From Chromera velia (lineage: Eukaryota), in NCBI GenBank assembly GCA_018398765.1, contig JAHBMJ010000028.1:1-59214 (forward strand): a DNA stretch of 59,214 nt, given 5' to 3'. Position numbers and translations under genes: made by a program. Every line of letters begins with the position of its first letter. Within the stretch, counting starts at the first letter, position 1. A model generated the notes under the pieces. It was not told where the DNA came from. It ran no database searches and was given only the letters and a program-made list of their open reading frames with translations. Positions 36,955 through 50,141 of this stretch are shown here, in pieces.

Positions 36955-38343
36955 TGATTATTTTCCACGTGCCTCGCCTCCCCTTTCCTTTTCTTTCCGT
37001 CTGACGGAAGATCTACCTGTTTGCAGTGAGTGAGTGAGTGAGTGAACAGATCTGTTCTCCCCCCCCCCCCCCNCTAGCGCAATGTCCGATCTCCAACAGG
37101 AAGGAAGGAAGGAGGCACCAATGCCCCCCGCCATCAGCCAGCCTTATGCATCTTTCTTCCTCATTTGAAAAAGGAATCGCGCACATACCACCGTGAGAAA
37201 CCCACTTTCTCTGGCCTACCTACCTGCATCAGCAAGACTTCCACCATTCCGCAAGCCGCCCGATACCCTTGTTCGTCCTCGCACGAGATGCACATGTGGA
37301 GGGGCTCCGTGGACTCTGCAATCCATTGGAATCAGGCAGGCACCAGTCAAGGCAATCAAAGGAAATTAAGCAGAAAGGAGACGCATTAATATCACAATCA
37401 CAAGCAAGCGAAAGACGAGTATGAGAGACAGTCAATTCAGAGACGGAGGATCGATCAAGTGCTCTTTATTACTCCTGTGCCCATCTATGCAGATCCCCAA
37501 ATCCCCAAATCAACAAAACACAAACTCGATTGAATTTCTTTAAAGACAAACGACCCACCCACCCACCTGCCCTTTCGACTCCCTCCAGGTATCCCGATCC
37601 CTGTCCACGCAGCCGCAGCTTCGCGTTGCAGGCCATCACGATCCGCTTCATGTTGGCCCCCTGAAAGCACAGCAAAGCAGAGCACAGCACAGCAGAGAGA
37701 CGGACAAGGGGAGTCAAGGAGTCTCATTCATTCATTTATTCCTCCATTTATTCATTCATTCATTCTACTCAGGGAGTCTCCCTCATATACCGCATACACC
37801 ATATCAGACACACACTTGAATTCAGTTAGTCAGTCAGTCAGTCAGGCAGGCAGGCAGTCAGTCAGTCAAAAAGGCTGCGCAGTGAAAGAGAACGAGGGAG
37901 GAAAAGGAGTCAAAAGAAAAAGAAAAATGGCTTGGAAGGAAAGGAACAAAGGGACGAGAGAGAAACACCCTGACTTCCACAAGAATGGATCAAAGGGACG
38001 AGAGAGAAACACTCTGCATGACTGCCACAAGCAAACATGGAGGGAAAAGCAGTAAGTATGACTGGAGGCTCGGACCACCAAATCAACAAACAAGTCAGAC
38101 ATCTCTCACTCTTTTCATATTCACCACAGACAGACAAAGAGACAAACAAACATAGAAAGCAACCGAGCAGAAGTGCGAAGAAGAAAGGAAAGGAAAGAAA
38201 GTGAGAAAGAAAAGAAGAAAGAAAACAGAAGACGAGGAAGACAACCAACCAGCCAGCCAGCCAGCCAGCCAGCAAGAAGAGAGAGAGAGAGAGAGAGAGA
38301 GGGAGGAAGAAAGAGGGCAAACAAGAAAGAAAGAAAGAAAGAA

Positions 38344-38380
<37 letters not shown>

Positions 38381-39115
38381 AAGAAAGAAAGAAAGAAGAA
38401 AGAGGGCAAAAAAGAAAGAAAGGAAGATCGAAACCCCCCCCCCCCATGCACCGACATGCAGACCGACCTTGAGGCCAATGATTCTTCTGGCAACTCCGAA
38501 CTCCTTATCGTTCTCGATCGGGATGTCGTACTTGCAAGTCCACTTCCTCACCAACTTCGGACCTCCGGCCCCTGCCTGCATCTGCGCCTGCCCTTGCTGC
38601 TGCTGCTGCTGTTGGCTGCCTCTCCCTCCTCCCCCGCCCATCGCACCCTGACTCTGACTCATCATCTGTTGCCCCTGCTGCTGTGGGGCGCCTCCTCGCT
38701 GGTTGTGGTTGCTGCCCCCTTGGCTTCCTCTGTGAGGATGCACATGCGAGTGCCGACCCTGCCCGTGGAGGCCCGCCCCGTCCTGCGAGGAAGCGATAGA
38801 CGTGAAACAGACTATATCTTTGACTGACTGACTGAGACAGACAGACAGACAGACAAAGGAACGTGACACAGGAAAAGACAAACAGACCGCCGAACGCACA
38901 AAAGGCCAAAAGAAATGCTGCTGAGGGTCTTTCTTTCTTTCTGCCTCTCTCTCTCTCTCTCTCTCTCTCTCAGGGTGGGCAAATTCTGAACATTGATCAC
39001 AAATATCCATCAGTTACTGTCTCCTCAAAAGAAAAGAAGGTATGCCCTCCTTCCTTCCTTCCTTCCCTTCCTTTTCTCAATCCTTCCTTCCTTCCTTCAT
39101 GTCCTACGAGTGTAT

Positions 39116-39149
<34 letters not shown>

Positions 39150-39930
39150 CTATACTCACACACACAACCAGCGTCACACAGCGAGAGAGACCATGCAGAG
39201 AGAGAAAGAGAGACAGGACAGAGAGAGGACCGACCTCGTCACCACTCCTGCTCCGCCCCCCCCGGCTGTTCATGTTCTGCTGCTGCTGCTGCTGCGGATC
39301 CATATCACCTCCGAAAATGCCGCCGCCACTCCCGTGCCCCCTGTCGCCGCCACCCGAGTTAAAAGCAAACCCGCCGCCACCTCCTCCTCCCATCTGCGCT
39401 TGCTGCTGTTGCCCAAAAAAGTTCGTCCCTTGCTGATCCACCCGCCTTCCCATCCCCATCCCCCCAACCTGCATCCCCATATGGCCCCCACCCCCCATGC
39501 CCCCGACCATCCCCCCCAATCCCCCCATACCTCCATCCCCAATTTGCATGTCCGGCCGCCCCATCCCCCCAATCTGCATCATCAGAGAGCTGTCAGCGCC
39601 TCCGAACATCGTTCCACTGAATGCAGCGCCCTGCTGATGGTTCTGCTGTGCCTGCTGCTGCTGCTGCTGCTGCTGCTGTTGAAACCCCGCCATCATCACT
39701 TGTTGGTGCATCCCCATCGGCTGGTCATGCGGGTGGTGATGCTGCGGGGAGGCGAGACTGCCGTCAAAGAAATTAGCGGGCGGCTGCTGCTGTTGCTGTG
39801 TCGCCTCCTCGCTGACCGAGGAGACGGTCCCAGGGTAACACCATCGAAGTCGGACTCGACATTTGGGCAGGCCTTTGTTCAGGGGCTGCAGGCAGGCAGG
39901 CAGGCAAAGAAAGGTGTAAGGGAGGGAGCA

Positions 39931-39981
<51 letters not shown>

Positions 39982-40307
39982 GAGCCCTGTGAAAGAGCAA
40001 GTCAGGAGCAAGTCCCGACTCACTAATGAACCGATGTGTCTGCTCTGCCATAGGGAAATCATGCACTTCGTGCCGGTTGTTTGACTTATTTTAATTTCTT
40101 TTTGTCAAGATCAACCATAGCTTCTCTAGGGGTCGTCTCCTCTGCTCTGCTCTACTCTACTCTACTCTCTGAGTCCTCTCCTGATGAAGCAACAGAGCTT
40201 TTAGATGCGTTAAACTGCGTCACTTTTTTTCGCAGACTGCTTCCTTTCTTTGCTTCTTGAACGATCACACACGAATGCAAGAAAGGGACTAGTCAGGCCA
40301 TTCCCTC

Positions 40308-40341
<34 letters not shown>

Positions 40342-41859
40342 NCGTCTGTCTGTCTGTCTGTCCGTGCGTCTGTCTTTCTGTCTGTGTTGGCCCGTCCAAG
40401 TCTCTCTCGCTCACGGAGAATCGGGTCTCTCTCTCACCATTTTTCCTTTCGATCGTCCCCCTGTGCCCACCCACCCACCCACCCACCCACTCTGCCATCT
40501 AGCCTGAGGGCCAACACCGCCAACTCGCTCCCTCTCTCCCTCACGCTTACTCACACACTCCTTTACCCACTCGCTCACTTACCTTGTTGTCCAGGGACTC
40601 TTTCGCCTTCGCCGCTGCCCCCGGAGTGAGGAATCCCACCTCCGCCTGCAGTCCCTCCGGAGAGACCAAAACCGTGTGCACCTCCCCCCAGCGAGAGAAC
40701 AACTGCAAAGCAGAAAGAGAGAACAAAAGAAAGAACGCAGTGAGGGCCAGGCGCAGAGTGCGGAAAAGGAAGGGTAGAGATTTATTGTGTCTCGAGATGG
40801 AAAGAGAAAGCCCCGCGGGCTTAATTGCTTCTGCTCCGACGTTCCCCTCCAGGTTTCTCTTTGTCGAGATTTGCTCACGGCATGCAGACTGAGAAAATTG
40901 AACACACTAATTGTATGGAATTCTTCTTCTTCTTCTTTGTGTCTGGTCAGAGAACAGAATAGGGGCAGGCAGCAGGTCCACAAAAACACACGAAAACCAC
41001 TTGAAGTGCTGTTTTGACGAGGGAGCTAGGGAGCAGGCATCCACGTAGAAGAAAGATGCCATCGAAGGATTGACGATACATCAATTAAGGATTATCTTCT
41101 TCTCCCTCCCCTCCATCCGAAATTTCGAGAGAGTCATTCAGCTCAAGAAAGTAAGTGAATAAATGAACAAACTGACGCACGCACGTTGGTCAGGTCCTCC
41201 GGAGTGAACACGAAAAGGTTCTGTTCGATGGGGCCCTCAATGGACACCAGAAGATTCACTTTGCCCCCGTCCCCCCCGTCGCCTCCACCACCTCCACGGC
41301 TTAGAGACCGGTTCTGGTGGCGGTTGGAGGCGCCGCCAGAGGGCCCCCCTCCGCCGCTGGAGTTCCCTCCTCCCCCCACATTGGCGTGGCCGTGGGCGTG
41401 CGGATTCATCCCGAAGGCCCCGAAAGGCAACTGCACGGCGTTGCTGGGACCGCCTCCCCCGAAAGCGCCGCCGTGCGCGTGGTCCTGAAAAGCGAATAAG
41501 AAGAGAGAGAATGGGTCTAAGAGGAGGCCGAGAAAGAGCAGACAGACAGAGAAAGAAAAACGGACAGAGAAAACCCACGGTCACTCACACCACTGAATCC
41601 TTGTCAAATGACAAGAGCCAAGCACGAAGGAACAAGTCGAATCAATGAAGGGTGGGGGGGATACAGAAAACCTGGAGTGCCTGGAAACGGAAAAGCGGGA
41701 ACCCACAAGAAAGAACAGAACAAACACATCGAAGAAGAGAAGCCAGACGAGTCGATCCAGAAGGAAAGGAAGAAGGAAGGCTTCGCATGGACTCCCTCAG
41801 TCCCTTTCTCCCCCCCCCTCTGTGCAATCAAGTCAACAACTCACGTGAGTGTACATCAT
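32171..41859 (-). CDS. Large RNA-binding protein with RRM-like and SF1/STAR-type KH domains plus Q/G-, P- and E/K-rich disordered regions (~1,774 aa, 10 exons)
   Basis: Exons 41859-41845, 41484-41185, 40702-40583, 39885-39235, 38782-38468, 37660-37567, 37315-37224, 36763-36679, 36266-32835 and 32391-32171 join in frame. KH: YDIPIENDKEFGVARRIIGLKGANMKRI...AKLRLRGQGSGYLEG...EPLHMCIS. RRM-like: EDLTNLFSRWGEV...AEVGF. First exon less certain. Confidence 0.85.
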
Positions 41860-43138
41860 GCCGCCTGCCTCCTTTGCTTAGCGCCTCCTTGAGAAAGGAA
41901 CGGAAGAGCCAGACGCCAAAGAAAAGGGCAAAGGGAAAAGATAGAAAAAGAGAAGTCTAGTCAGAAAGAAAAGAATGCCTTCCTGGTCCCCCAACGAAAA
42001 CGTCAAGAGACAGAGAAAGACGTCCAGAATTTCAACTACGAACGGGTGAAGATCCGCCTCCCCCTTCCTTTTCCGCCGCTTAGTTCGGAAAGTTTATGGA
42101 TGGATGGATGGATCCTTCTGCAAGCACATACGGAAGGAAGGAGACAGAAAGAAAGGACAAGAAGATTTCGGGGCGAATGAAGTTCTTCAGGCAACTAAAA
42201 CAAAGGGCGACAACCGTCGGCTGTCGACTGACCGTACTCCAGCAACTGTCCCTCTCTAATTCTGTCACGCACTCCACGAGACTTCCGAGTAGGGGCAGAC
42301 TGATCCAAAGCGCTGCTGGCAAATAGATAGACGACCACAAGGACCTAATTCGATCGACTGAATTTATGGGAATACCGAATTCTGAACTAGCGGGCTTGCT
42401 CGAATTCTGGATTGAATTGGTGAGTCTGACTGAATTCTTTCTCTCTCTCTTTTCTTCCTTTCCCCGCTACAAACACAGCGAGTAGAGACACGAAAGGAGG
42501 AAGAGGGAGAGCTACAGAGACTGCTATTAATAAGACAACGAATTATCAAACGAATTCGACTCCCTCCTTAATTCGTTACCTGCACGACTGCAGATCGAAT
42601 TCGCATGACAGACTACGAAACGCCCACAAGCACCTATACGCACAAACACTGCCTGACAGTGCTCCTTCCACACATCCCAAGAGAGGATCGAGGGAAGAGA
42701 GGATTAAACTTCAAGAAGGACGATCGACGTCGAGGCAGACTTGACTTTTTTTGACGGAATTTCCCGCACCGCGCGGTGGTCCCGCAAAGCTTTTTTACAT
42801 GCTGCGCGCGCTACCTGGCACAAAAAGTGACAAAACAGCTACAGGTTTCAGTCAATCGATGGTCTTAGGGATGTCCCAGGGGAAGGAGAATGTGGAGGCC
42901 CGACCACGTACGTGCACCATCCTACAAAGAGAAAGACGGTTTCCTTCAGTCTAGATCTGGCAGAAGCTTGTGTGCCGACGAAGCCTTTGAATCACCTCCT
43001 CAAATTCCGTCAACGCTCGAAGGGAAGAAGGAGACGGTGAAGATAGGAGAGAGACTGTGAGAGACTGAAAACAAAAAAGAAATTCGAGGTCATCCATCCG
43101 CCCCTTGTCTCATTTCGTGTTCGCAGACAAACGCCAAA

Positions 43139-44919
43139 ATGGCCGACAGCAGCGTCTTGAAGGACAAGGTAGCAATAGCCTGTTGTGTGGGCACAACGCT
43201 ACTTTACATTTTGACCGTATGGGCAGGAGTTCCGTTCATCCGAATCGTCCTCCTAGTTCTACTCTTGGCTATGGTGGCTGGTTTTGGGTTCAAGCAAGTT
43301 TCGGATCCTCCGACAGGCAAATTTGAAGTCATCTCTCGGGAGACGATCGAGCAAAATCTCCTGCTCGTTTATGACAAAGTCAACGAAGGAAGTCAGTTTA
43401 GGCACCCAGCCACCTCCTTGTCGAACCCCATCAGATCGATCCACAAGGCAGCTAGAGCCATGCAATTCAGTGATCCTTCGTCCTTTTCTGTCTGTTTCTG
43501 CCTTGTGTCTTCCTCTCTGCCACTCACTGTGGAGGCATTGGCACGCTGTGAGTCTCGCGTTTTTCTTGGCGCCGGCGGAGCATATCACACCACCACGTTC
43601 CCCCTCATTCTGTATTTCTCACCTCTTTTCCTCTTCTTTTTCTCAGTAGCTTGACCTTTTTCTTTGGTTCTCTTCTTCGTATTCTTCCTGAAGCTGCGAC
43701 TGCTTGAGGGCCAGCAATGCTCAGATTTTGCTTGTGCTCTCTTGTTGGTCTTCACACATTTTCTCTCCGTCCCTCCGTCGGTATCACCACCATGTGGACC
43801 TCTGTATATGGCTTCGAGTTTTTGTTTCGTGCCTGTTCCCTCTAAGTTTGTCTCATCTCACTTTTTTTTCTCTTTTCACTTAAAGTGAGACCTGCATTCT
43901 GCTAACCGGCCAGCCTGTCAGATGGAATCATCGACTCTTTTCTTTTATATTATTTTCTTTGTCTTCGTTCATCCTGCCCGCCCTTTCTTTCTGATCTCTA
44001 CTACTCACGTCGTGACAGTCCGACTGGCTAGCTCATGCAGATGGATCCATGACAGGATTCTTCTTTGATGCCGCCGCACTCGATCAATCATCGAGACTCC
44101 TTTCTTTTGGCCCTCTTTTGTGCACTGCCTTTTTGTTGGCGGGATGAGAATCAATTGAATGCATGCCTACTCACTCGTTCAGCTAGGTCGGGGTGCTTTC
44201 ATGTTGTACTCCTCTCTTTTTGTTTTGTTTTGTTTTGTTTTGTTTTCCTTTCTCTTCTCTCTGGCGCTCCGTCCAAGAGTCCAATTAGTTCTCTCGCTCT
44301 CCAACTCTCTCCGTGCGGATTTATCTTTTTTTTGTTTGTCTGTTTGCATGTTGTTTCTTTCTTTCCCCTCATGATTTGTTTGTTTGTCCTCGTTTTGCTG
44401 ATTGATGTGCATGCCTCGCACGCAAACAAGTTTTGCCATGCAAAGGGTCCGTTAGGTTGGTTGGTAGGTTGTCTCGTGACGCAGTAAGTTGCTCTTGGGG
44501 ACACTCCCAAATTTATCTCAAACTTCATTTGGATTTTTCATGCATGACTCATTTTCACCCCAGAGAGGTGTTCATTCATTCATTCATTCATTTTTGATTT
44601 GATAATTTGGATCATCATGCTATGTGTGTGATGTGTAAATGCAGTGTCGTCGGTCCGTGAGGTTGTGTTGTGGCTCGACTTCTCGAAGTCCGCACTGATG
44701 TTGGGTCTGGTCGCGCTGGTCTGGTTTCTCGCTCCTGCGCTCTCTGTGGCAACCCTACTGTGGCTCTCTGTGCTGGTGTACTTCTACTTCGATTTCGCCA
44801 AGGCACTGTTCATGGAGAAAGCATACCCCCCTCTGAAACCCCACGTGGAGCTGGTCCACAGCAAAGCGAAGGAGGTGATCGGGAAAATCCCCAAATACTC
44901 AAACCTGAAAAAGGAATGA
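43139..44919 (+). CDS. Reticulon-homology-domain protein (~175 aa; exons 43139-43391, 44645-44919)
   Basis: Two long hydrophobic segments separated by a loop (EVISRETIEQ...REVVLWLDFSKS), ending AKEVIGKIPKYSNLKKE like plant/protist RTNL proteins. Phase-1 intron gtcagt...atgcag. Confidence 0.8.
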
Positions 44920-46499
44920 AGAAAAGAGACTAACAAAGAAGCGGGGTGAAGGAGCAAGCAGGAAAGCTCATGCAGATGAATTTACTTTACCACAGCCGTT
45001 TTGTTTCGAGCTTTATTTAATTCTGACAGGCATGCGGGTCGTTGCTCGGCGTCTCTCTCTCTCTCTCTCTCTCTCTGTCTGTCCGTCTCTCTGTCTTGAT
45101 GTCTTCTACTTCGTTTGTCTGTCCTCTGTGACTGCTCGCCTGCCTGTACTTGTATTATTATCAGTACATGCAACAACATCATCATCTGTCTGAGCACGTT
45201 GCCGGTCGATCGATCGATTTCCTTCCTGCATGAGTCGTTCCATCCATCCGTCCATCCATCCATCCATCCATCCATCCATCCATCATAATTTTGTCTTGAA
45301 GAGGGCAGGAAAAGCAATTCAGAACGAGAGAGACTTGTTGACTGAATAGAAAAACAGGAGCTGGGGAAAACGTTTTGGGGGCAGATCTGTGGCAATGATG
45401 GCATCAATGGGGGAAGGAACCCTCTCTTGCCTGCATTGAGGGAGAAGCGAAACGGGCTGTAGATCTCCCTGCATGCAGGCATGAACCTGAGTGACCTGAC
45501 ACACGTGGGAAACCGAATGGGGGGGAAGATTCGATCCAAAAATCAGCTAGCATGTCAGATTGAGATCACACGAAGAAGTCAACGGAGTGAACCGTGTACG
45601 TCGATGTGGAGTCCATCATGTACGCACGAACATGTAGGCAGTGGTGTACTGTTTTGGTTGATCATTAATTCACTCAACGTAACTGTTGGGTTGACTGACA
45701 CTGAGTTTGGGCCACTGTTTGGCTGAATGAGTGCAGAAATTCATGCAAGTGACGCAGCATCCTCATGCCAGCATGTACGTCGTGGTTTATGATTGATTCC
45801 TGTGCATGTATATGCAGTGCCAGCAGTGGTGCCTAGAGCGGTGCTCTGTACATTGCATTGAATTATGAAAGCATCTAGGAAAGCATCAGTGATTAGTGTC
45901 AGATTTAATTGATCCCTTTTCACTATCTTTTCACACTGTTCTAGAATCAGAATCTAAATTGTTCTAGTATTGTTCTAGTAGGGCTTATTGTGACTACTAC
46001 TTGGAATACTATAGTTAGACTACTACTACACTATATATATATAATTATAGTTTGGATATGAGATAGGCGACTTCTGGTGGAACGGCGACGGTGCTCTACC
46101 TAGGGCACTACTTGGTAATTTAATCACTATCACTATGACACCATATTAGGTCCATATAACAATGAATTACAAAAGTTTAAATTTGAAACATCCAATCTGG
46201 TCAACTTAAAGCTATAGACCTAGAGCTAGACTTTAAAGCCATGTGAAGCCATGCTGGGATAGGCTAGCACACGGAGCTAAACTACGTTAGAACTGCTAGA
46301 GATTAGGTCTTTTACACTATACATGATGATGATGATGATGTATGAGGTTAAAGCCGGTGAGCCATGTAGGCTCTGGCCAACCTAGTACATATATTAGATA
46401 ATATTAAATAGCATGCATCACATTCTATGCAAATCATATTCAAAGTTGGTCTTCGGCCGATTCCTTGCCATAATTTAAACGCATTTAGTGGTGGGACTC

Positions 46500-48635
46500 G
46501 TGCATTCCAACCGTTGAAGAAATTGTGTTGATTTGCTGCAATGTATCGGTCACTGGCACACTGCGGCAAGCAAGGTGAAGAACGGAACAAATGAAATATG
46601 AAACACGCAAAACGCTTCCACGGTTGTCTGTACATGTGGAAGCAAATAATTAGGTACATGCACCATGCATGCTGGAGACAAATTGGAAGGGTGAACAAAA
46701 GTGAAAACATTACAGTCACGGTAGAAAGCGAAAAAGGTAATCTGGTGTTGTTTTTCGCCTCTCTCTCTCTCCCTCTCTCTCTGAAAAAGGATCGAAAAAA
46801 CGAAAGCCTCCTGCAGGAGGCGACGATAGAGGCAGACATCAGTCGGGTACAAGAGGATTGTTTGAGGGCAATGACGAATAAGTAGAAGGACACCGATCGA
46901 ATGAAAAATGGAGGAAGTAACAAAGAAATGCAGACCAGGATCATCTGGAAGCAATGCACTTGACACACCATGCACACTTCATTCAACTGGGCTGCTTGCG
47001 ATTCATATTCACCCTGTCGATCTCCCACCCACCCCCGGGGGGCATTTGTCTGCTAAACGCCCCCTCTCACTTTCTTCTTTGCAATGCAAGGAGTGCAGCG
47101 AAATGAATTGAATTGAATTTCTCGACTTGTTTTGCCATGCTCTATCGTCCAGGAGGATCGAAGTGCACGGGGAGATGCAGAACGGGGAGGGGGGGAAAGG
47201 GTGGGGTGACGGCAAAGGACCCAATTGACAAGAAAGAGCTGCAGGTGAAAGACTCCAATGCAGTCAGAGAGCTGGTCTCTCCGCATGTCTGCAGGTCTCT
47301 TAATTCTTCTCTATTGCATAATCGAGGCAGATGGTAAGAATGAATATCGGAAGCGGAGAAGACAACATCATGGATGGGAGGGGAACCAAAGATAAAAAGA
47401 AAAAGAAAAAAAAGGTCCCGTCTGTTTGAATTGAAAGTCTCATGCACAAACCAAACCGGCCACTTACACAAACTTCACCCAGTCCGAGCCACATTTCACA
47501 AACAAACGAGAAAGGCAAATACGAAGGAAGAAAAGGGGAAACACAAAACACTCCCACCAACAAAGGAATGGCATGACACAGAGCCATGGACACAGGAGAG
47601 AGTCAGCCGTGCTGCGATCCATTGTCTGATGCGGCAAAAGAAAGAAAACAGCAAAGGATCAGTCGAAAGAGACAAGACGAACGACCTCCCCAATAGAAGG
47701 GAATGAAGAAAAGAAAAGAAAAGAAAGCAAAGGAGAAGAAAGAGTGGTCCGACTCCGAATTACCCTCTTTCTCGTTCAATTCTTCACCGTACAAAACAGC
47801 TGAGCTTGTAGACACACCTTCAAAACATCCTCTCCTCTCCTCTCCTCCCGCCATCCACCATCCTGTCTCCTCATGTCACCACCAAGCTCCATCAAGCAAC
47901 ACTCAATCCTCATTCCCTTCCCTTCCTTCTGCCCATTCTTCTCTTCCCCTCCCCCCTCACTCCCTCCGTGCATCTTCTCAAGAAGGAGGCGGAAGCGTCT
48001 CCACTGTGACCTGCCCCTCCAGACACGGAAGAGGAGGCAGACTCCTCCCATCCACCCCAACGGCAGGGGAGGGGATCCAGGCGTCCCCAACCGGACGCAC
48101 TCTCAGAATCACCAGCAAGGTAGGGCTCTCCAGGGGAAGGGGGAGGGTCCTCTCTCCAGGCCGCAAGACGCCCAGGTCCTGGTACTTCAGAGTTACAGCA
48201 ACGCTGAAGCTGCAAAAGAAAGGGAAGGAAGGAAGGAAGTGTCAAATTTGTTTGCAAAATGGATTCTCACACAGAGAGGCAAAATGGATTCTCAGACAGA
48301 GAGGATGCCTGCAAGAGAAAGGTCTGCCCGATCCACCTACCCGCCCAGACAAGTACTCACGCACTTACCTGAACTTCTCTCTGTCGACTTGAGAATGCGC
48401 GTCTTGAGGTGCCATAATCTCCAGAGGGAGGGGGAAGGGGGTGAGGTTCTTTTGGGGGAGCGCCGAGAAACGGATTTGGGATGCGATGTTGTTTCTGCAA
48501 AAGAACAAGGAGAATTCCATTCCATTCCATTCCCGCAGCCAGAAAGAAGAAATTGCATGCATGGGCATCACGAAACGTTTCAGACAAATGGCGGGGTATC
48601 TTCTCGACACACACACACACACACACACACGCACG

Positions 48636-48673
<38 letters not shown>

Positions 48674-49519
48674 CGCACGCACGCACGCACCCACGGACGC
48701 ACGGACGCACGCACACACGCACACACGCGCACACGCGCACACGCGCACACGCGCACACACACACACACACGCACGCACTCACGCACACACGCACGCACGC
48801 ACGGGCGCACGGGCGCACGCACACACGCACACACGCGCACACGCGCACGCGCGCACGCGCGCACGCACGCACGCACGCACGCACGCACACACGCACACAC
48901 GCACACACGCACACACGCACACACGCACACACGCACACACGCACACACGCGCACACGCGCACACGCACACACACACACACACACACACACGAGGATGCAT
49001 GCAGTAGGTCAGTGGGAGAAAGAGAGAGAGGGCGAGCCTTGGAAGAAAAGAAAAGGGAGAAGAGAGGAAGTAAGGACACGCATGCACAAACAAAACAAAG
49101 AGACAGACGTCCGTCTGGAGAGTCATTCATTGCACAGAGAGAAAGAAAGGCAGAAAGGAGAAGGAACAAAAAAGCGTTGTCTCGTCCATCCCATTGACAG
49201 AAGACAGATGATGCACAGAAAGATCGAAGGACGGGGAATCAAACAGAATTGTCGATCAATCGCCCGATTCGATTCGTGCACGGAGAAAAACAAAAGGAGA
49301 GAAAAGAAAGAAAGAAAGAAAGAAAGAAAAAAGAGAATTGAACGACGAGACGAGCCAGATCGATCGATCGAACGGTAGGCATGCACGATGCTAGTTGGTC
49401 GGCTCTCTCTTTTCCTTTTGTTGAGAGAGAGACTGACTGACTGACTGACTGGTTGAACAGTTTGGGGTTTAAAACGTTCGGTTTCATCACACGTACTACC
49501 AGCCCTCCTTTCGTCATCA
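46500..49519 (-). CDS. Probable further 3' exons of the J-domain gene (candidates ~49519-49450, 48418-48369, ~48209-48010 and beyond); phases unresolved
   Basis: Short non-repetitive blocks bounded by AG/GT (e.g. [60 protein letters not shown]). I could not fix a unique frame. Confidence 0.35.
48607..48991. repeat. ~385-bp compound (CA)/(CG) alternating purine-pyrimidine tract
   Basis: CACACGCACGCGCAC... with only a few interruptions; intronic. Confidence 0.95.
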
Positions 49520-50141
49520 CTGCAGGCTCCCTCCAAGGAGCGAGCGCAAGCAAGCAGGCAAACAGAGGAGAACAGAAGAGAAGAGAAGAGCCCACGTGCA
49601 GATAGATATGCACACATACATACACACACTTAAACAAGAGGAAGAGGGATGCACGAAGAAGACAGAGAGAGAAAGGAAAGAATCTAGAGAGAGATCCTCA
49701 ATACGTCCTCATCCGGCTGCATGGCTGCACATGCTGTGAGTACCCAATTGTGCTATCTCACTGTCGGTTTGTTCTTGTAACTGTTTCGCCTGTCTTTTTC
49801 CTATTCGTCCTCTCTCATTCACCCACCTGCTACCCTGATCAGAAATCGGAAACAAAAGTGCGAAGAGAAAAGAAAATCCATCCAAGGAAAAGAGAGGTGC
49901 TTGCTGGACGATCTCCAATTGTATTCACCCACTCACCACCCAATCCAACGAACGAGTGGCAAAAAAAAAAAAATGTACAACACAGATCAGATTCAGTCAG
50001 AAGCAGGCACCGATGGAAAAACAAAGAAAAGAAAAGAGGCGGTACAGGCTCACCTTCCCCCATCCCAACAGCCGGTATGTAAGGTCACACAATCGACCGA
50101 CTGACTACTTGACTGACTGACTGACTGGCTGACTGACTGAC

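Noticed and set aside
47873..49378. 501-aa ORF and other (CV)n/(HT)n/(ER)n ORFs throughout the window
   Set aside because: They are open only because microsatellites lack stop codons, and they lie in introns or antisense to real exons.
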